A program made the translations under genes and the position numbers. Positions 36,538 through 45,436 of a stretch of 52,993 nt of DNA are shown here, one piece after another; the stretch's first letter is position 1; the number at the start of each line of letters is the position of its first letter. Origin of the DNA: a virus (taxonomy: Duplodnaviria; Caudoviricetes); the IMG/VR virus record IMGVR_UViG_3300049793_000140, positions 1 to 52,993 of that record; one strand, 5' to 3'. The notes under the pieces are model-generated. The model saw only the letters and a program-made list of their open reading frames with translations. It was not told where the DNA came from and made no database searches.

Positions 36538-37247
36538 ACGTCAGCATTATGTGGCGACACAAGGATATTGCAAAGTCCTTCCGGCAGCGCATCCAGCGGC
36601 TTGCGATCCCAATCCCCTTCGACAAAGGGTACGCCATATTCAGTTATGACACGCCATAGCATCTCGGCGCCGAGATGGTTAAGGTGAGGATACCTCTCGA
36701 CTTGAACGACTGACTTGTTCTGGCGAAACATCGACATATAGCCGGCGAACAATTCGGCGTCTTGTCCCTCCGTATCGATCTTCACGTAAGCCAGTCGTTT
36801 CTTGAACTTGAAAATATCCAAACGTTCTATGCTCACGATTACATCTTCACCTTCGACCAATCGACCGCCGTTCATTCGAGTCGAGTCATATTTGAATACT
36901 TCCTTGCCCTTCTTCATCCCGACCGCTTTGTTGCGGCGTACGATTGGAGCAAATTGAGGATTTTGAAGTGAGTTCTGGTGTAGAATAGCGTAAGTAGTTT
37001 TGTTCGGCTCCCAGGCGAAGACCTCTCCATTGGCCCCTGTTGCAACGGCCATTGGCAGCGCGGTATCGCCTGTATAGGCTCCTATGTCTACACATGAATC
37101 ACCAGGTGAAATGAATTGAGCCAGCCAATCAATTTGTTTCTCGGAAAACTCCTTGCGGACCTCTTGGGGATGCTTCCATTGATAAAAAACAATCTTTCCC
37201 CATTTTCCAAGGTCATGCTCTGACCATTCTGATGGATATTCAGTCAT
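36534..37247 (-). CDS. FkbM-family methyltransferase
   Basis: CVDIGAYTG, VFAWEPN and YVKIDTEGQD motifs. Confidence 0.9.
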   Translation of the reverse strand: MTEYPSEWSEHDLGKWGKIVFYQWKHPQEVRKEFSEKQIDWLAQFISPGDSCVDIGAYTGDTALPMAVATGANGEVFAWEPNKTTYAILHQNSLQNPQFAPIVRRNKAVGMKKGKEVFKYDSTRMNGGRLVEGEDVIVSIERLDIFKFKKRLAYVKIDTEGQDAELFAGYMSMFRQNKSVVQVERYPHLNHLGAEMLWRVITEYGVPFVEGDWDRKPLDALPEGLCNILVSPHNADV

Positions 37248-37504
37248 TCGTCATCATCGCGTTGTCCTATTCGCGTGGCTTCTTCTTCTTTTATGAGCCA
37301 ATCCCGCACATGACCAACGCGAGCGAAGTAATTCCCGCAGCCCGAATTCAGATGCACCGTTCCGCGTTCCTCGCCTTCCTCGTGTTGTGATACGAATATG
37401 GAAACCGCGTCATAATATTCGCCTAATTCGGAAGCATGTTTTTTGATCGCTTCCAGTTCCTTAGAATCTCCAGTTCTCATTTTACCACGGCTTTGGTCCT
37501 TCAA
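37244..37504 (-). CDS. Hypothetical protein
   Basis: Coupled ORF with GCGNYFARVG motif. Confidence 0.65.
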   Translation of the reverse strand: MKDQSRGKMRTGDSKELEAIKKHASELGEYYDAVSIFVSQHEEGEERGTVHLNSGCGNYFARVGHVRDWLIKEEEATRIGQRDDDE

Positions 37505-38186
37505 ACTTGGTTTTGTGTCCGGGTGCCCATGTTTCTGGGATCACAAATCCAGGCGGCAATTCTTTCACTAGCTCCAGACCATTCTTGAGCCGGTCATAGT
37601 TGTGATATTTCAAAGCTACCTCCGCTGTTGGTTTGCACTTTCCATAATGGAAGACATGACGCTTCGATTTCAGATATCCGCCATTGACCCGAGAGCACAC
37701 CTTCCCCTCTCGGCAAAGCTGCTCATGCGTTGCGCCTGAGTAATAGAATTCCTGCCCGAGCGGGAACCCTCGGGCCTGGTAATCCGGGTAGAGGCTTGGA
37801 TCGTAATGCTCGAAATCGTCTACAAATTCATATCGCGGGTAAAGAAACGCCATCGCCATCGACCCCACCGCTCCAAATTCCAACCGCAACATATCCAGAT
37901 CGGACTTAAGCATGGCCTCGTCAGAATCGAGCATAAGAAGATACGACCCGCCGATGTGCTCGCTCACCTTTATCACCGCATTGCGCGCCTCAGCCCAATT
38001 GTTACTGAAGGCTATTTCGGCTACGATAGCATTGGTCGCATCCAAGATTTCCTTGGTGTCATCAGTGCTCTCGGAATAACCGACGACGGTGTGATCAAAA
38101 TAGGGCATCAAGAGCGGCAAAATGCGCGGCAGCAAGAATGCGTCGTTGTGCGCCAACATCCCGAGAATTACTTTCATACAGGGCAA
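37482..38186 (-). CDS. Glycosyltransferase family 2
   Basis: ESTDDT, WAEARN, LMLDSDE (DxD), YPDYQ.R and HEQL motifs. Confidence 0.9.
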   Translation of the reverse strand: MPCMKVILGMLAHNDAFLLPRILPLLMPYFDHTVVGYSESTDDTKEILDATNAIVAEIAFSNNWAEARNAVIKVSEHIGGSYLLMLDSDEAMLKSDLDMLRLEFGAVGSMAMAFLYPRYEFVDDFEHYDPSLYPDYQARGFPLGQEFYYSGATHEQLCREGKVCSRVNGGYLKSKRHVFHYGKCKPTAEVALKYHNYDRLKNGLELVKELPPGFVIPETWAPGHKTKFEGPKPW

Positions 38187-39970
38187 TGAAATTCCCGAAG
38201 TATTTCGATAAGGGTGTTCGCTGAGCGCTCCACAGTAAACTCTCTTGCTGAGGCTGCCGCCATTTCGGATTTATTTTGAAGCTCCACGCGATTCTCGTAA
38301 GCCTTGCGCATTTGAGCAGCCATGCTTTCAACCAGTGGCTTTGCATACACGCCCATGCTTTCGTAGATGCCTTCAGCAGGAACTAGCGTGAATCCTACTG
38401 CGTAGCCATTCTCGCGGCTGAAGAATTCACACACACCTCCGAAGTCTACACCGATCACGGGCCTTCCCATTGCCATCGCTTCGTGCTGATGTCTGCCCCA
38501 CCCTTCGGCTGCGGAGCCGGACACAAAAACGTTAATCGACCTGTACCATTCAACCAATTCTTTCTGGTCGATGTAACGCTGCAAGACTTCGATCCGGGAA
38601 TCCTTGAAATCATCAACCGGTGGATCTTCCGAGAATGATTTCACTTTCAACTTAACATTTTTCTCCCTCGGGAAGGCGAGCCTGAAAGCCTCGACGACGA
38701 TATTGAATCCCTTTCGAATTCCACCACTCGCGGTTTTGGCCGCCGTGCCAAATACCAACTTACCGCTGACATCATTGACAGCCAAAGGGAACACTTCAGG
38801 GTCGAATCCCATCGGGCAAATACGGATTGGCGTATCGACGCCGCAGGAAGAAAAGGAAGATGCGTTCCAGGCATTCGGAGTAATCGCCACCTTGCACCGG
38901 TTGAAAACTTCCACCGCTTTTGTCCGGTTCATGTCAATCTTGGATACTAACCTCGCGGCCTCCCACATCGAATACATGGCATGGTATTTGTTCCCGAGCA
39001 CCAAATTGGCTGGCTGAATCACGCACGGGTAGATTACAAGATCCCAAGGATGAGGATTCGACTGTCCCCGAATGCACCGTTTGAGTTCCGGTGTGATGGC
39101 CCCATGAATCTCGTTGTAGCTTGCCGGAAATATTTGGACATCGTAATCCATTTTCAGAAACTCCAGAGCGATCTGTGAACTCAAAATGCCATAGCCGCTT
39201 GAGCTATCTATGTGCGCTATAAGCGGGATGACCTTTTTGACCTTGGGTTTTGGAGGCGATATGAACAGTCGCGAGAGTAATCCCTTTGGCTTGGCTTCGC
39301 GCAGACGGTCAATAAGCGAACCATCCTTGCAGCGATGGAAGAACACCACGCCCGGCCTGATGATTCTCTGAACGTCTTGCTGCGTATCGAAAGTCTGACT
39401 GTCGCCGTTTTGAAAGGCGACCTGTTGAATCAGATGATTGGCCCTGTGGCAGCGATGCTGCACGTCTTTCCATGCAACGATGTCGAACGGAGAAGCTCGG
39501 CAAAGCATAGCGTTCACCGAGTAGGTTCCGACATCAGGCGGATACACTCCGACGCCGTTCATGTGCGTGCCGTTACCTGAATCTTCCTCGACGATGCAAC
39601 CCATGAATGGCTGCTTGGCATCGGCATATTCATCTCGCAGGGTTCCGTACCAGCCTTTCGCAATCGGGCAACTGTCAGATTCCCACCAGAACCACGGTTG
39701 CTGATGCTTTACGATGCCTCTTGCTGCTGATTGAAAAGCCCAGTTTTGAGGGTGCGGCCATGCGGGATTACCGGCCCAATCCCCATAGCACGATTCGGAT
39801 ATCTTGTTAAATATGCCTTTGGCTCTTTCGACAACGCATGTCGGCTTGAACCCGTGCGGGTGAGAAATGACTGCATGTGCGTCAACAGTTCCATCAAGCT
39901 CAGCGAGCCAATCCAGGTTTTTAAGAACCAAGGCTTCGTCTTTAGCGCAGACCGGAATTACGACTACCAT
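38174..39970 (-). CDS. Two-domain glycosyltransferase (GT-A-like N-domain plus GT4/GT-B C-domain)
   Basis: N-domain WFWWESDSCP, HMNGVGVYP, VFFHRCKDG; C-domain SSGYG, RKG, EGWGRHQHEAMAMGRPVI. Confidence 0.88.
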   Translation of the reverse strand: MVVVIPVCAKDEALVLKNLDWLAELDGTVDAHAVISHPHGFKPTCVVERAKGIFNKISESCYGDWAGNPAWPHPQNWAFQSAARGIVKHQQPWFWWESDSCPIAKGWYGTLRDEYADAKQPFMGCIVEEDSGNGTHMNGVGVYPPDVGTYSVNAMLCRASPFDIVAWKDVQHRCHRANHLIQQVAFQNGDSQTFDTQQDVQRIIRPGVVFFHRCKDGSLIDRLREAKPKGLLSRLFISPPKPKVKKVIPLIAHIDSSSGYGILSSQIALEFLKMDYDVQIFPASYNEIHGAITPELKRCIRGQSNPHPWDLVIYPCVIQPANLVLGNKYHAMYSMWEAARLVSKIDMNRTKAVEVFNRCKVAITPNAWNASSFSSCGVDTPIRICPMGFDPEVFPLAVNDVSGKLVFGTAAKTASGGIRKGFNIVVEAFRLAFPREKNVKLKVKSFSEDPPVDDFKDSRIEVLQRYIDQKELVEWYRSINVFVSGSAAEGWGRHQHEAMAMGRPVIGVDFGGVCEFFSRENGYAVGFTLVPAEGIYESMGVYAKPLVESMAAQMRKAYENRVELQNKSEMAAASAREFTVERSANTLIEILREFHCPV

Positions 39971-40118
39971 CGGGATAGAAAAAGTCGAAACTTAAGGATT
40001 AGAATTACAATCCCCATCCCAATAATTCGGAATGTGTTTCGATTGATAATGATACATTTCAATTTCCCATTCGACCGATAAAACAGATTCATAACCAAAT
40101 CGCGATGGCATCCATCGG

Positions 40119-40343
40119 TTACATCTGTAGCATTCTGATCAGAGTAGCATGAGCCTGCATGTACTTCATAAATTTAGAATTTGTCTCGTTGCGTAATTTG
40201 AAGTAAGCAGCGACATCTGGAGGCCAATAGAAATCCGGCGTGTGGACAATGTGAAACTCGAAATAGCACTGCCGATGATGCATTGCTTGCATCTTCGGGT
40301 CCAAATCGGGCAGGGAATAAATCTCCTCAGCAATCATTGCCAT
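40119..40343 (-). CDS. Hypothetical protein
   Basis: 74-aa ORF overlapping the scaffold stop. Confidence 0.5.
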   Translation of the reverse strand: MAMIAEEIYSLPDLDPKMQAMHHRQCYFEFHIVHTPDFYWPPDVAAYFKLRNETNSKFMKYMQAHATLIRMLQM

Positions 40344-41506
40344 ACTCCAGCTTTCTTTGCCTTGGCCACCACAATTTCACCCATGCTCATACCTTCGAAT
40401 TGTTTTTCGTCATCAACAGTCGATTCGTTTTCCGTGCCCCCTTTCAAGTCAGGTCCTCCAGCTTTTAGGCTTTCCAGTTCCTCCTTGAGTGCTTTGTTTT
40501 CTTTCGCGAGCGCCATTTGATTCTTGAGCAGTCCAGGCGCGGCCGCTGACCAAAGAGCAGCTTTGGAAAGCTGATCGGCGCTCAGATTCAAGTTGAGGAT
40601 GTTGCGTGCAGTTTCAACACGTTGAGCGACTTCCGCATTGTGGGCTTCGTCCCCATCCTTTTTCTGGAATAGTGCCAGTCCATTGTCGGGGTTGCTCCAT
40701 TTCTGAAGTGTGTCTTGGAACGTGCGCTCGAATTCTTCTGCTCGTCTTTTACTATCCCTCTCCTTAATCTGATCATACAGCTTAAGATGATCATCTGGCT
40801 TATCGAGTGCCGATTGCCTCTCGAAGTTTATCTTTCGGATGTCTACCAGCACCGGTCCAAGTTCAGTTTTCTGAAATTCATCCAGATTGTCCAAAAGCCC
40901 TCGGGCGATCTGGTTCCTGAAATCGCCATCAGGCAGTTGGGCGATCTTTTTTAGCGTTTCGGCGTGCTCTTGTCCTACAATCTGCTGCCCGATCGCCAAG
41001 GCAGTATTCCTGCGGTCTTCGAAATGTTTCTTGAATTCCGGCAGTCGGTCGAGCGCCACTTCCTTTATTAACCGGGTAAGCTCATCGTTGCGCTTCTTCA
41101 CTGAATCGAATTCATTACGTTCAGTTTCCCACGACTTCCACTTCTCCTGCTCTTTGGCGTACTTTTCCTGCCCGGCTTTGAACTTTGCGTTTTCCTCTTT
41201 GAGGCGAGCGCGTTCCTCGTTGACTTCCTTCCACTGCGCGGCTCTTGCGGGAGGTTTGATCTCCGCTTCGGACTTACCCGCATCCGTCGTGCCCGCGTCC
41301 AAGGTATCCCGGCTTTCCGCCGGCGCGGGCACGATTGGAGGTTTACCCGAAGGTGGCTTAAATTCTGTTGGTCGTGCTTCGGCGTATGCCTTTTGAACCA
41401 TCTCCTCCATCGAAGTACCGAATGGCTCGGGATTTTCGCTGCCGTTTGTTTGCGCCTCGGTCGAAATTATCGGCGGGGCTGATGATCTAAGAATTGGGTC
41501 TGCCAT
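40334..41506 (-). CDS. Capsid scaffolding protein
   Basis: Highly charged coiled-coil 390-aa protein with Pro-rich disordered N-terminus, between portal and MCP. Confidence 0.7.
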   Translation of the reverse strand: MADPILRSSAPPIISTEAQTNGSENPEPFGTSMEEMVQKAYAEARPTEFKPPSGKPPIVPAPAESRDTLDAGTTDAGKSEAEIKPPARAAQWKEVNEERARLKEENAKFKAGQEKYAKEQEKWKSWETERNEFDSVKKRNDELTRLIKEVALDRLPEFKKHFEDRRNTALAIGQQIVGQEHAETLKKIAQLPDGDFRNQIARGLLDNLDEFQKTELGPVLVDIRKINFERQSALDKPDDHLKLYDQIKERDSKRRAEEFERTFQDTLQKWSNPDNGLALFQKKDGDEAHNAEVAQRVETARNILNLNLSADQLSKAALWSAAAPGLLKNQMALAKENKALKEELESLKAGGPDLKGGTENESTVDDEKQFEGMSMGEIVVAKAKKAGVWQ

Positions 41507-41508
41507 AA

Positions 41509-41709
41509 TTATTTGCTCGCTAACTTTTCCAATGCTACGGCTATTCTCTCCAAGATCGAGAGAGGGCGTTCTTCTACAATGTTCTGCTTTGCCCTTAGCA
41601 TTTCATTTTCCAATTTCAATAATTGCTTTGCTTCCTTGAGCTTATTCCAATCATGTGATTGTATTTGCCTAAATTGCCCCGAAGACTCAGTGCCGGATTC
41701 AACCTTCAT
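41509..41709 (-). CDS. Small coiled-coil protein
   Basis: Likely start MKVESGT; ends LERIAVALEKLASK. Confidence 0.55.
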   Translation of the reverse strand: MKVESGTESSGQFRQIQSHDWNKLKEAKQLLKLENEMLRAKQNIVEERPLSILERIAVALEKLASK

Positions 41710-42073
41710 TCGTTTCTGGATACTCCGTGTTGTCATAATCTGCCTGGATGTCTTCAACTGCTTTTGCGGGGAATTGGCGTAACGAGAACAGCACACTTTG
41801 GCAATCGGCGTATCCCTCTTTGCGTCCTAGCTCAACGGCGCATTGCATGTCGGTCACGCTCTGACCGCGAATTGGGAAACCGCTCGGCTGAAGATTCACC
41901 ATGACAGACAAAGCGTAAGCAAATTCCTCGCTTGTCCTGGCCCATTTCACCAGCCCCTCATCTGTTTGCCAGCGTTCAAGTGTCATGTCGTGGCGGCCTG
42001 GACGTGGAAATTGAACAGGCTTTGGAGCCTCGACAGGTTTCCTTCCAAATATACGATCTAAAATTCCAATCAT
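41699..42073 (-). CDS. Hypothetical head-module protein
   Basis: 124 aa, coupled; ELGRKEGY motif is typical of small genes following portals. Confidence 0.65.
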   Translation of the reverse strand: MIGILDRIFGRKPVEAPKPVQFPRPGRHDMTLERWQTDEGLVKWARTSEEFAYALSVMVNLQPSGFPIRGQSVTDMQCAVELGRKEGYADCQSVLFSLRQFPAKAVEDIQADYDNTEYPETNEG

Positions 42074-42450
42074 GGTCTTGTCTCGATTTTGGACCTATCC
42101 TTCCACGCATCCATTCGATCATGGGGCTTTTCAAGCCTCTCAAATTGTTTTAGCACCTCGATTCGAATCTCGATGAATATTCGGTCTAGTAACTTATTGA
42201 AGGATTCCTGATCGTGTGAGCTTGGGCCTTCCAACATAATGCGACGCAGTGCGGAGTCCTCCCCGATCTCCAAGTGAGCGCGATAGAATGGAACAACATC
42301 TATCACCGGCCAGTAATCGTGATCTACGCCTTCAATCGGTTTGTATACCTCCCCCTGACAACCATTGATCGTAATACTGAACCTAAGCCGTGGGATTTGC
42401 TCCAACAATCGCGCCATTGATTCTTTCGTAATTTCTTCCGAATCACTCAT
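42070..42450 (-). CDS. Hypothetical protein
   Basis: 126 aa, coupled to the portal stop. Confidence 0.6.
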   Translation of the reverse strand: MSDSEEITKESMARLLEQIPRLRFSITINGCQGEVYKPIEGVDHDYWPVIDVVPFYRAHLEIGEDSALRRIMLEGPSSHDQESFNKLLDRIFIEIRIEVLKQFERLEKPHDRMDAWKDRSKIETRP

Positions 42451-44741
42451 TCACTTGTTTTAGATTTTGCTTTTGCCTGTTCAATCGCAATCTGCGCTGC
42501 GGCCTGCGCGTCCTTGATCGCCATGTCCTGTTGCGCCTGCGTCATGGCCTGCTCATGCTTCCGCTGTTTCATAAGCATCCCCTGCTGGCCTTTGGCTGTC
42601 GCCATCGCTATCTTTGCCTTTGTTTCTGCCACTTTTATTGCAGTATCGCCATCGGTCCCCTGGAGGATGGCTTGCGCTTGCTGTGCTTTTTGCTGCTCCT
42701 CCTGGCGTTGCTGCATCATCTTTTGAACTTGCCCATGCAGTTTGTCGGCAATCTGTCCAAGCTTTCGGAATTCACCTTCTAGCGCTTTGAATTGCCGTTG
42801 ATGAGATGGGTCTTTCGAGAGCGCCTGGAGGTGCTGTCCTATGTGAGGCCCGACATTTTCCATGAAGGCCAAGACCGCGGCCGGATCTGCGCCCTGCGGT
42901 AATGACGCTGCGGCATCGGCGCTCGCCTTGAGATGGACTTCGGCATGAATCAGATTGTTCTGCGTTGGAGTCCAAATCACTTGAGCACCGGTCTTCATTG
43001 CAGCATTTTCCAGCATCGCGAGATTCGCCTGATCGTTTGGCTGATTCATCCGCGCCGCCTTGGGATTGTACCTTTCGACTTTGCTTTGGTTCGTGTAGGC
43101 GCTGATAACATCGTCGTGGAAGTTGGCTTGACCAGTTTCCGGCCACATTGCCGAATACGGAGTAAGAGAAGCAAGTGTGGTTTGACGCATGATGGCCGAT
43201 CCGTTGCCCATGCTTCGAAAATGCCTGACACTTCGCCTGGCCAGCAATGCAGCTTTCGGCACTCCCCGGCGAAAGCATCGCTCTTGGAAATCCAAAGCCG
43301 CAATAGATGATTCATCTGTTCTTGAAAGATTCGGATTGGTGATTCGACGTACAAGTTCTTCATCGCATCGGTCCATTTGGTTGTAGAAACGGTTTACTGC
43401 TGAGTTTCCGAGAATCGTACTGGCCGTGTACTCAAGCCGAGCCTGCTCGGCGGTCATTGGGTTTCCGGGTTTCTTTTCTGGCGACGGACGATAGATGCCG
43501 GTATTGCGCGAGAGCCGACTGTCCAAGTCGTTGTTCACCGCGATCACTGTCGTGATGTCGCCAAGGATTTGGCTTTGCTGAACATCGAAGTCGGGCGGGA
43601 TAATGTTGAATGCGCCAATCTGAACGAGTCCGATCTTGCTCATTGCGCTCGCGCTTTTGGCCTGCAACGTGATTGCGGTTCGAAGAAAGGCGGCATCAAT
43701 CTCAGCGCAGGTGAGCCGGTCCTTTGTTTGCACAAGATTGAATATGTCCTTCCCAAGCCCTTGTGCTCCATGCCAACTGCCGTCCATGACCTCCATGAAG
43801 AACGGCGCCAACACCTGATAGAAACTTGAGTAGCGACGTTCTTTCTTGAGCAGGAAATCGGAATCCCCGGTTTCAGTGACAATCAATTCTGTGATTTTTC
43901 CGTCGAATTCCTTCACGTAAACACGGGCAGCACGAATGGTTGACGCCCGACAAGACATTAGTAAATCGTGATCGTTTAATTCCTGCTGAACCAATTGCCA
44001 ATCGACCGGGCTTGAAGTATCCGGGTTGCGCGGGACGGCTTCTCGGATTGCCAGTTTAACGGCCGATGGATTCCAGCCGCTTGCGCGAGCTACAATCTCG
44101 TTCTGAATCTTCTCCCAAAGTTCATGGACTTTATAATCTTGAGAGACGCAAAGAAGTTCCAAGCCCTCAAGCTCAGCTTGCGTGCCGTCCATAACGCGAA
44201 TCTTGCGGTGCGGGATTCGCTTAAAGCGCCAGTCCCACGGATTATTCCATACCAAAAACCCCTGTCCGTATCCAACAAAGTCGTGGAGCATAGCCCAGAC
44301 ATTAAAATCAAATCCCTTCCATTTCTTGAGTGTAACATCAAGTTCCTCAGTAACGATTCCGCTCCACTCGGCTTGCTGGTCGGGGGAACCGTAGTCGGTC
44401 TGGAAGTCAATGTAGTGGGGCGACGAGGAGAATAAATCGTAATAGGGGACGAGCGCGTTACTGAGATAAGCTTTCCCCTCAAGAGATGAAAAGTTAGCTC
44501 GCCATGCCTGAGATGCAGCACGTCTTTTACTGGAATTGAACGGGGGGTTGCCATCGAACATTCCTTTAAGGTTTGCATCTTTACGACTCCTTTCTTTGTC
44601 TGCTTCAATCAATAACCCGACAAACGATTGCGTTTTTCTGGGCTCACTCAGCCGGCTCTTAGGTGGTTTCCCGTTTTTGCTGAGTGTTTCAAGAACGGTC
44701 GAAGTTTGAATTTCGGCGAGCGATGGAACGGCTATAGCCAT
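42447..44741 (-). CDS. Portal protein
   Basis: 764 aa downstream of TerL; MTAEQAR motif and long Gln/Ala-rich C-terminal barrel helix as in P22-like portals. Confidence 0.82.
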   Translation of the reverse strand: MAIAVPSLAEIQTSTVLETLSKNGKPPKSRLSEPRKTQSFVGLLIEADKERSRKDANLKGMFDGNPPFNSSKRRAASQAWRANFSSLEGKAYLSNALVPYYDLFSSSPHYIDFQTDYGSPDQQAEWSGIVTEELDVTLKKWKGFDFNVWAMLHDFVGYGQGFLVWNNPWDWRFKRIPHRKIRVMDGTQAELEGLELLCVSQDYKVHELWEKIQNEIVARASGWNPSAVKLAIREAVPRNPDTSSPVDWQLVQQELNDHDLLMSCRASTIRAARVYVKEFDGKITELIVTETGDSDFLLKKERRYSSFYQVLAPFFMEVMDGSWHGAQGLGKDIFNLVQTKDRLTCAEIDAAFLRTAITLQAKSASAMSKIGLVQIGAFNIIPPDFDVQQSQILGDITTVIAVNNDLDSRLSRNTGIYRPSPEKKPGNPMTAEQARLEYTASTILGNSAVNRFYNQMDRCDEELVRRITNPNLSRTDESSIAALDFQERCFRRGVPKAALLARRSVRHFRSMGNGSAIMRQTTLASLTPYSAMWPETGQANFHDDVISAYTNQSKVERYNPKAARMNQPNDQANLAMLENAAMKTGAQVIWTPTQNNLIHAEVHLKASADAAASLPQGADPAAVLAFMENVGPHIGQHLQALSKDPSHQRQFKALEGEFRKLGQIADKLHGQVQKMMQQRQEEQQKAQQAQAILQGTDGDTAIKVAETKAKIAMATAKGQQGMLMKQRKHEQAMTQAQQDMAIKDAQAAAQIAIEQAKAKSKTSE

Positions 44742-44784
44742 AATTAACCAGCATTAAAACTGCCTAGAATGAGTTTGATGGTCC

Positions 44785-45399
44785 TCATAGAAGCCAGCAG
44801 TGTTTTGGCAACGAACTCATCTGTCCATCAGTCAGATTGTTTCTGAGGATATCGACGGGAAGATGAATCTTTGCCCTTAGCGAGCACCCGCAAATCTTAC
44901 ATGACTTTAATTGGCTATCGTATATCGTCACAGCGCCATTGACCACAGCATTCGCGGCCTCGTGCAATGCTAAAATATTACATCCACTACAGCCCACTGG
45001 CGGCTGATTGTACGGACACCCCGCACAAATCAATGCCCTCCGTTCTGCCTCGGCAGCATCAACCCTCTTCCCCTTCCCATTGATCATCCACTGCGCAAGT
45101 GTTCGTGTCCCTTGAATAACAGCTTGAATTGTAAATCCCCAGCCTCCCATCGGAGGCACCGGATAACCTCCTTCTAAACACCATTCTCCATCCAACGTTG
45201 CGCAAATCTGATCCTGTATCTGCGCTTCCCATTGCGCGCCAATTGGCAAATTGTTTGCCTTACAATGGAGTTTGCAGTGGTAAAGAAAATCGACATATGA
45301 AGGGTCACCTCCGCGCTCTGGCACCCAACTTTTTGTTTCCTCCGAATACCATCGAAAACCTCCAGGAACCGTAACTCCCGTATTGTTTAAAGTTCTCAT
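44785..45399 (-). CDS. Cys-rich metal-binding protein
   Basis: CAGCP, CSGC and CKICGC motifs plus terminal CW; between TerL and portal. Confidence 0.75.
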   Translation of the reverse strand: MRTLNNTGVTVPGGFRWYSEETKSWVPERGGDPSYVDFLYHCKLHCKANNLPIGAQWEAQIQDQICATLDGEWCLEGGYPVPPMGGWGFTIQAVIQGTRTLAQWMINGKGKRVDAAEAERRALICAGCPYNQPPVGCSGCNILALHEAANAVVNGAVTIYDSQLKSCKICGCSLRAKIHLPVDILRNNLTDGQMSSLPKHCWLL

Positions 45400-45436
45400 G
45401 GATGTTTACGCCGCCAACCCACAAATCGGACACTTT

